Source: Alphaproteobacteria bacterium (GTDB lineage Bacteria; Pseudomonadota; Alphaproteobacteria; JABAAW01; JAHZMA01). From it: a stretch of 64,000 nt of DNA. Below, one piece after another: positions 58,615-64,000 of this stretch. A program made the translations under genes and the position numbers. The stretch lies in assembly GCA_965243045.1 (NCBI GenBank), contig CBDETR010000004.1:286301-350300 (forward strand), written 5' to 3'. The notes beneath the pieces were generated by a model. That model saw only the letters and a program-made list of their open reading frames with translations. It made no database searches and was not told the DNA's origin. Each line of letters starts with the position of its first letter. The stretch's first letter is position 1.

Positions 58615-59619
58615 ATGACTGACTTTGCCCTTATGGTGCCTGCACTTAAAATGATTGCGAAAGAAAGCCATTATCTATGGGATATTCCTAAAAACGCCAA
58701 CTATCAACTCATCAATCTTTCCGAAAATGCTACTTTTAAAATCACCACTCAAAATAACCAATTTATTTTGCGGATTAATCATCTTGGATACCACTCAACA
58801 GAAGCAATTTTAAGTGAAATTGCATGGATTGAAAATTTATACAGCCATCATATCGTTACCACTGCTAAAATTTTAAAAGGGTGTAATGGTAAAAAATTAC
58901 AAAAATATCATGATGACATGACACACAATGATTATCATATGATTTTATTTGAATTTTTATCAGGGGAGCATGTTAATGAAACAGATGATTTGCCTCAAAA
59001 ATTTTATCATTTGGGCAAGGTGACCGCAAAATTACATCAACATGTTAAACAATGGTGCTATTCACCTGATTATCCTGATTATTTTACAAGGTTATCTTGG
59101 GATTTTGATGGCACGATTGGCAAAAACCCCCATTGGGGCGCATGGCAAAATGCACCTTATATGAATGAGGATGCTGAAATATTATTGACACAAGCACAAC
59201 AAAAGATTGCTGATAATTTACAAATTTATGGAAAAAACGCTGATAATTTTGGTTTGATTCATGCTGATTTACGGATTGCTAACTTTTTAATGGAAGGGGA
59301 TGATATAAAGATTATTGATTTTGATGATTCAGGATTTGGCTGGTTTATGTACGACCTTGGCGCAGCTTTTTCATTCATTGAAAATCATCCCGAAAAACCT
59401 GCCATGATTAAAAAATGGCTAGAAGGCTATCAACAGATACATTCTTTAACCACGCGCGATATTGCCCTTATTCCTACCTTTATTATGTTAAGAAAAATGG
59501 TGCTATTAGGCTGGATTGGTTCGCATTCTGCAACTGAATTGGCAATCCAACAAAGTAAAAATTTTACTTTGGAATCATCTTTATTGGCTGAAGAATTTTT
59601 AACATTGCCTAGCTTTTAA
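58615..59619 (+). CDS. Phosphotransferase enzyme family (APH/choline-kinase fold) protein
   Basis: 'LIHADLRIANFLMEGDDIKIIDFDDSGFGWFMYDL' contains the catalytic and Mg-binding loops (HxDxxxxN ... DFD). Confidence 0.7.
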   Translation: MTDFALMVPALKMIAKESHYLWDIPKNANYQLINLSENATFKITTQNNQFILRINHLGYHSTEAILSEIAWIENLYSHHIVTTAKILKGCNGKKLQKYHDDMTHNDYHMILFEFLSGEHVNETDDLPQKFYHLGKVTAKLHQHVKQWCYSPDYPDYFTRLSWDFDGTIGKNPHWGAWQNAPYMNEDAEILLTQAQQKIADNLQIYGKNADNFGLIHADLRIANFLMEGDDIKIIDFDDSGFGWFMYDLGAAFSFIENHPEKPAMIKKWLEGYQQIHSLTTRDIALIPTFIMLRKMVLLGWIGSHSATELAIQQSKNFTLESSLLAEEFLTLPSF

Positions 59620-59671
59620 AATTGCCTAGCTTTTAAAATTGCCTAACTTTTAAAATTGTATGACTTTTAAC
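59604..59671. repeat. 17-bp tandem repeat, four copies (last two degenerate)
   Basis: ATTGCCTAGCTTTTAAA occurs twice (59604-59637). It is followed by ATTGCCTAACTTTTAAA and then ATTGTATGACTTTTAAC. Copy 1 contains the stop codon of the upstream CDS. Confidence 0.85.
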
Positions 59672-59773
59672 ATTACATGGCATTAAATAGTTCCAATAAC
59701 GGAATATTGCTGATTTTATCATAAATTTATGATAAAATTGCTATGGTTTTAAAATTTATTGGAGTTACTTTTT

Positions 59774-60883
59774 ATGACGCGCCGTATCACAATAACCATT
59801 ATCGCACTGATTGTATTATTACTTATCCTAATTGCAGGGTTGAGTGCTGAAGGCGTACGTAAAAAAGAAATATTGGCTAAACAAGGCAATATTGAAGCAC
59901 AAATTGAATTGGCAAATAGCTATATGTTTTACGCTAAATACGGTTTTTTCAAACACAAATATTATCGTAAAGCAGAAACTTGGTATATAAAAGCAGCGAA
60001 TAAAAACTATGCTTTTGCTCAGGCTAAGTTAGGTGAAATTAACTATAAAGGCTTGGGTAAAGCTTCTGATGCTGTTGAGGCTGTTCGTTGGTATAAGGAA
60101 GCTGCCAAACAAGGGCATCGTGATTCGACCATTCAGCTTGCTAATATTCTTTATTCTGGCACAGAGGGAGTTCCACAAGACCATATAAACGCATTGAAAT
60201 ATTACATACAAGCTGCTGAAGAACATGATGACGCCGCTTCAGAAATTCGTGTTGCAGAAATGTATGCCGAAGGTTTGGGTACTGTTATCAATTATGGCAG
60301 AGCTGCTAAATGGTATTGGAAAGCCGCTGAAAAAGGCAATAAATCGGCACAAGTGGCATTGGCAACGTTATTTTCTGAAGGCAAAGGTGTGCCAAAAGAT
60401 GCGCAACAAAAAATATATTGGTTCCAATTGGCAGCTGACCAAGGTGATAGCAACGCACAGTTTTCTTTAGGACAATTATATCTTGATGGCAAAGATGTGC
60501 CCGAAGATAATGGCAGAGCCTTTAAGCTATTCTCAAAAGCCGCCAAAAACGGCAATAAAGATGCACAAAAAGCATTGGGCGATTTATATAGTGTCGGTGG
60601 ACCCTCTGTTTCTAAAAATTATGAAAAAGCTATTAACTGGTATAAACGTTCTGCACGCAATAAAAATACTTCTGCTTTATTGGCGTTGGGTGAATTATTA
60701 TTAGATATAGATGTAGGTATTAATGATTACAAATCCGCTTATGGCTGGTATCATTTGGCTGCCAAATCAGGTGATGAAAAAGCCATTATACAACTGAATT
60801 CGTTACAAGGGCAACTTACCCCAGAAGATGCTAATCAAGCCGTTGATACCGCCGAAGCATGGGCGCGTAATATTAAAAAATGA
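59774..60883 (+). CDS. Sel1-like repeat (SLR/TPR-type) protein with N-terminal TM anchor
   Basis: About 8 repeats of the pattern 'A..WY.KAA.QG...AQ..LG.LY..G.GV..D'. The Met at 59774 follows GGAG. Confidence 0.85.
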   Translation: MTRRITITIIALIVLLLILIAGLSAEGVRKKEILAKQGNIEAQIELANSYMFYAKYGFFKHKYYRKAETWYIKAANKNYAFAQAKLGEINYKGLGKASDAVEAVRWYKEAAKQGHRDSTIQLANILYSGTEGVPQDHINALKYYIQAAEEHDDAASEIRVAEMYAEGLGTVINYGRAAKWYWKAAEKGNKSAQVALATLFSEGKGVPKDAQQKIYWFQLAADQGDSNAQFSLGQLYLDGKDVPEDNGRAFKLFSKAAKNGNKDAQKALGDLYSVGGPSVSKNYEKAINWYKRSARNKNTSALLALGELLLDIDVGINDYKSAYGWYHLAAKSGDEKAIIQLNSLQGQLTPEDANQAVDTAEAWARNIKK

Positions 60884-61317
60884 TGAAAAAGATTCTTATC
60901 ATTAACGGCCCTAACCTTAATTTATTGGGTGAAAGGGAACCGGAAATTTACGGTTATGAAACACTCAATGATATTACTGTAAAATGTCAAAAAATAGCCC
61001 AAGAAGCATCATTGACTCTAAATGCTTTTCAATCAAATCATGAAGGCGCGCTCATTGATAAAATCCATGAAGCAAGGCATGATTATGCTGGCATTATTAT
61101 CAACCCCGGCGCATTTAGTCATACATCTATTGCCATATTCGATGCATTAAATGCCTATAAAGGTTATGTGATTGAAGTGCATTTAAGCAATATTCATCAA
61201 CGCGAAAAATTCCGCCATCATTCCTATATTGCGGCACGTGCCAATGGGGTTATTGTGGGGCTAGGGGCTATCGGTTATGAATTTGCTACGCAAAAAATGA
61301 TTGAATTATTAAAATAA
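60880..61317 (+). CDS. aroQ: Type II 3-dehydroquinate dehydratase
   Basis: 'ILIINGPNLNLLGEREPEIYG', '[10 protein letters not shown]', '[12 protein letters not shown]' and 'IEVHLSNIHQRE..R'. Confidence 0.9.
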   Translation: MMKKILIINGPNLNLLGEREPEIYGYETLNDITVKCQKIAQEASLTLNAFQSNHEGALIDKIHEARHDYAGIIINPGAFSHTSIAIFDALNAYKGYVIEVHLSNIHQREKFRHHSYIAARANGVIVGLGAIGYEFATQKMIELLK

Positions 61318-61649
61318 AATATCTTACAACGCGTGTTAAAACTATCTTATTAAGCGTCTATCATTGCCGATAAACCACACGAAACGATAAATATATTTAT
61401 GCGGAATTAAGTATATCATAATGAGAAAATATCATTTTTTGAATGAAAATTTATCATCAACGGATATTGCTATACATTCAGGATTAAATAAAAAAACAAG
61501 TAATTATATTATATCCAAAATTATACGATGTTATGAGTTGCTAAAATTAACCACATAACATTATACTAAAGCTAATAATTAACAAAGTATGGAAATTTAT
61601 CATAAAAAAATGACAATCTCTTTGTTAAAGTAATATTTAGGAGGATACC

Positions 61650-63710
61650 ATGCATGCTGAAGAAAAACCAATATACCAATTTTTAGAAGGACAGGATAAA
61701 AATTTTTTTATACCAGTTTATCAAAGAGATTATGCATGGAAAATACACAATTGCCGTCAATTATGGAAAGATATTAAAGAAATATGTGCAGAAGGAAAAA
61801 ACCATTTTTTAGGAACGATCGTCACTATCAGTGATGATGAAGCACCGAGCACATTTAGTGTTATTGATGGTCAGCAACGATTAACAACAATTTCTATTTT
61901 ATTAATTGCTTTATCGAATTATGTTGAAAAAAAGCAAGAAGGCGATGAAAATAAAAGCAATCTACCCGAACAAATCAATGATTTTTTAATCAATAAATAT
62001 ATAGAAAAAGGTGATAATAAACGTGTTCGTTTAAAACCTAATAAGAATGACAAAGAGTTTTTTGAAAAATTATTTAAGGGCGAGGTAGAAAATAATGATT
62101 CTAATATTACAAATAATTATCATTTTTTTCTTAACGCAATAGAAAAAGAAGAGCTTGAACCTGTTAAAATTCTTGATGCCATCAAAAAACTCAATGTTGT
62201 GCTCATCAATTTGAACAGAAAGAATGATAATCCTCAATTGATTTTTGAGAGTATTAATTCCACAGGGGTAGAACTAACATCTGCCGACCTTATCCGCAAC
62301 TATATTTTAATGGAACTTAAAGAACAAACGCAAGAAAATATGTATAATAGTTATTGGCGTAAAATTGAACAACTAACAGGTGAAAATGGCACTAATCTTT
62401 CTAATTTTATAAGAGATTATCTAACACTAAAAAATAAAAAAGTCGTTAAACAAAAAGCCGTTTATGAAGAATTTAAGGAATATACAAAAGAAGCATTTAA
62501 CGAACGCGAAGATATTCTTAAAGAATTATTATATTTTGCGCAAATTTATTGTTACTTTATAAGCAAAGCTCATGATGATTCAGAAATTACTGAACGGTTA
62601 GAAAATTTTCGTATCCTTGATAATACAGTAGCATACCCTTATTTTTTAGCAGTTTTTGATAATTTAAAAAAAGATATTTTAACACTTGATGAAGTTAAAA
62701 AGATATTACAAATTTTAGAAAGCTTACTTTTTAGGAGAATTGTTATTTCTGGAAGCACACAAGGGTTTAATAAAGTTTTTTCTGTATTACATAAAGATAT
62801 TGAAAAAGAGAGAAATGTCAAAGAACCAGCTTCTTATTTGGAAGTTTTTAAATTTATACTTTTGAATAAATCAGGTACAGCTAAGTTTCAAACAAATGAA
62901 GAATTAAAAAATGCATTCATTCATAACGATATATATCACAAAAAATACACGCTTTTTTTGTTGCATAAATTAGAAAATTTTGCATCTGCATACAAAGTTG
63001 AAAAAGAAGATTTAACCATTGAACATATTATGCCACAAAAACTTACTGAAACTTGGAAAAGAAATTTAGGTGATAATTCGAATGAAATTCATCAAAAATA
63101 TTTACATACGTTAGGTAATTTATCACTAACGGCAAAGAATTCAGAATTATCTAATAAAACAATGAAAGAAAAACAAAAAATTGAAGAAAATAAATTAACT
63201 CTTAATTGTAAATTAGCTGATACTGTAAAATGGGATGGTGAAGCTATTGAAGATAGAAGTAAACTTTTAGTACAAGACATTCTAAAAATTTGGATTTACC
63301 CTGAAACAAATTATTCTAGTAATAACATAGAAGATGAAAAATATGATTTAACATTTGACGAAGAAGATTTTAGTTTTCTAAAACCCAAGTATATTGTTAT
63401 TAATAATAATGAACTACAAGTTGGAACATGGAAAGACTTTACCATAAAAATTTGTAAAAATTTTTATGAATATTCACCTACCGAGTTTAATAAAATCATT
63501 AAAAGTGATGAATTTGAAAATTCATTTTCTGAACGAAAAGAAACAAATGGTTATTGTGAATTTGTAACAGGAAAATTTGTTGATACAGGAAAAAATGCAA
63601 ATAGCCTGATTAAATTTTTAAGCAACCTATGTGACAAAATTAATTATCCACCTGAAGATATTCTTTTTACCATCACCAAATCAAAAAAAACAAATTATAG
63701 AAGCATTTGA
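61650..63710 (+). CDS. GmrSD-like DUF262/DUF1524 protein (ParB-like NTPase domain plus His-Me finger nuclease domain); candidate type IV restriction/defence enzyme
   Basis: The N-terminal motifs 'FFIPVYQRDYAW' and 'VIDGQQRLTT' mark DUF262. The later motifs 'TIEHIMPQ' and 'LHTLGNLSLTAKNSELSN' mark DUF1524. An AGGAGG RBS is present. Confidence 0.8.
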   Translation: MHAEEKPIYQFLEGQDKNFFIPVYQRDYAWKIHNCRQLWKDIKEICAEGKNHFLGTIVTISDDEAPSTFSVIDGQQRLTTISILLIALSNYVEKKQEGDENKSNLPEQINDFLINKYIEKGDNKRVRLKPNKNDKEFFEKLFKGEVENNDSNITNNYHFFLNAIEKEELEPVKILDAIKKLNVVLINLNRKNDNPQLIFESINSTGVELTSADLIRNYILMELKEQTQENMYNSYWRKIEQLTGENGTNLSNFIRDYLTLKNKKVVKQKAVYEEFKEYTKEAFNEREDILKELLYFAQIYCYFISKAHDDSEITERLENFRILDNTVAYPYFLAVFDNLKKDILTLDEVKKILQILESLLFRRIVISGSTQGFNKVFSVLHKDIEKERNVKEPASYLEVFKFILLNKSGTAKFQTNEELKNAFIHNDIYHKKYTLFLLHKLENFASAYKVEKEDLTIEHIMPQKLTETWKRNLGDNSNEIHQKYLHTLGNLSLTAKNSELSNKTMKEKQKIEENKLTLNCKLADTVKWDGEAIEDRSKLLVQDILKIWIYPETNYSSNNIEDEKYDLTFDEEDFSFLKPKYIVINNNELQVGTWKDFTIKICKNFYEYSPTEFNKIIKSDEFENSFSERKETNGYCEFVTGKFVDTGKNANSLIKFLSNLCDKINYPPEDILFTITKSKKTNYRSI

Positions 63711-63729
63711 GGTGCGGATAGAGCACCCT

Positions 63730-63927
63730 AAAATCTTTGTTTATGAACTCTTGATGATATTACCGCACAATGTCAAAAAATAGCCCAAAAAGCATCACTC
63801 ATGCTCGATGCTTTTCAATCAAATCATGAAGGCGCGCTCATTGATAAAATCCATGAAGCAAGGCATGATTATGCTGGCATTATTATCAACCCCGGCGCAT
63901 TTAGTCATACATCTATTGCCATATTCG
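63730..63927 (+). pseudogene. aroQ: Truncated aroQ relic (lacks both 5' and 3' ends)
   Basis: 63808-63927 is identical to 61022-61141 (120 bp). The 52 bp upstream differ from aroQ at 10 positions, and weaker similarity with a 1-nt indel continues to about 63730. Similarity ends abruptly at 63927/63928. Confidence 0.85.
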
Positions 63928-64000
63928 TGGCTTCAATAATTTTATAGCCGTCAATTTTTGAAAGCAAGGTTTTTAAGTCAACCTCTCTTTCAAATTTTAA
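63905..64000 (-). CDS. 3' end of an unidentified minus-strand ORF entering from beyond the window
   Basis: Only one minus-strand frame is open from the window edge ([31 protein letters not shown]). Its last codons and stop lie inside the aroQ relic. Confidence 0.25.
   Translation of the reverse strand, partial: LKFEREVDLKTLLSKIDGYKIIEATNMAIDV

Noticed and set aside
59604-59671. Whether the 17-bp repeat array could be a CRISPR array.
   Set aside because: The units are contiguous with no spacers, far shorter than CRISPR repeats, and no cas genes are present.
63711-63727. The hairpin GGTGC-ggataga-GCACC after the GmrSD-like stop as a rho-independent terminator.
   Set aside because: The stem is only 5 bp and no immediate T-run follows, which is too weak to annotate.
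61318-63754. A search for an integrase, transposase, inverted terminal repeats or a tRNA that would define the aroQ-linked insert as a classical mobile element.
   Set aside because: None was recognised inside the window, so I did not call it a mobile element. Only the direct aroQ repeats and compositional contrast support insertion.

Overview
This is a 64-kb stretch of an AT-rich bacterial chromosome. The housekeeping genes look alphaproteobacterial (Tim44-like gene beside mltA, argJ-mutT, prmA, xerD, mreBCD-mrdA-rodA-murA, leuA, aroQ, rpmG), but the taxon is inference only. I recognised no rRNA, tRNA, CRISPR array, transposase or integrase. Three accessory regions interrupt the core. (1) 7.7-14.8 kb holds a tightly packed seven-gene plus-strand operon: two LicC-like nucleotidyltransferase paralogues, a soluble GT2, a GDPD-like phosphodiesterase, a GT-C-like membrane domain fused to a phosphoribulokinase/uridine-kinase-family kinase, a HAD phosphatase and a class II aldolase-like protein. 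I cannot map it to a known pathway. (2) 19.1-29.5 kb holds divergent operons. A DltA-like adenylating enzyme with GT9, GT4 and methyltransferase genes faces a methyltransferase, a DltC-like carrier protein, an AAC(3)-fold transferase and two paralogous FAD oxidoreductases that flank a beta-carbonic anhydrase. There is no DltB or DltD. The shared intergenic region carries a 24/23-bp tandem repeat ending in a G7 tract. This is my best candidate for an undescribed system: carrier-protein-dependent glycan acylation. (3) 61.3-64.0 kb holds a GmrSD-like DUF262/DUF1524 defence gene in a visibly AT-richer insert. The insert is bracketed by intact aroQ and a truncated aroQ relic that share a perfect 120-bp direct repeat. 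Smaller observations include an apparent frameshift at the 3' end of mutT, 20-bp-spaced direct repeats upstream of a membrane-anchored LytTR regulator, in-frame 12-15-bp repeats in three CDSs, a hydrophobic insertion in an RND pump, a palindrome over the formate dehydrogenase promoter and a 17-bp tandem repeat. All functional calls rest on motifs read by eye; no database search was possible.
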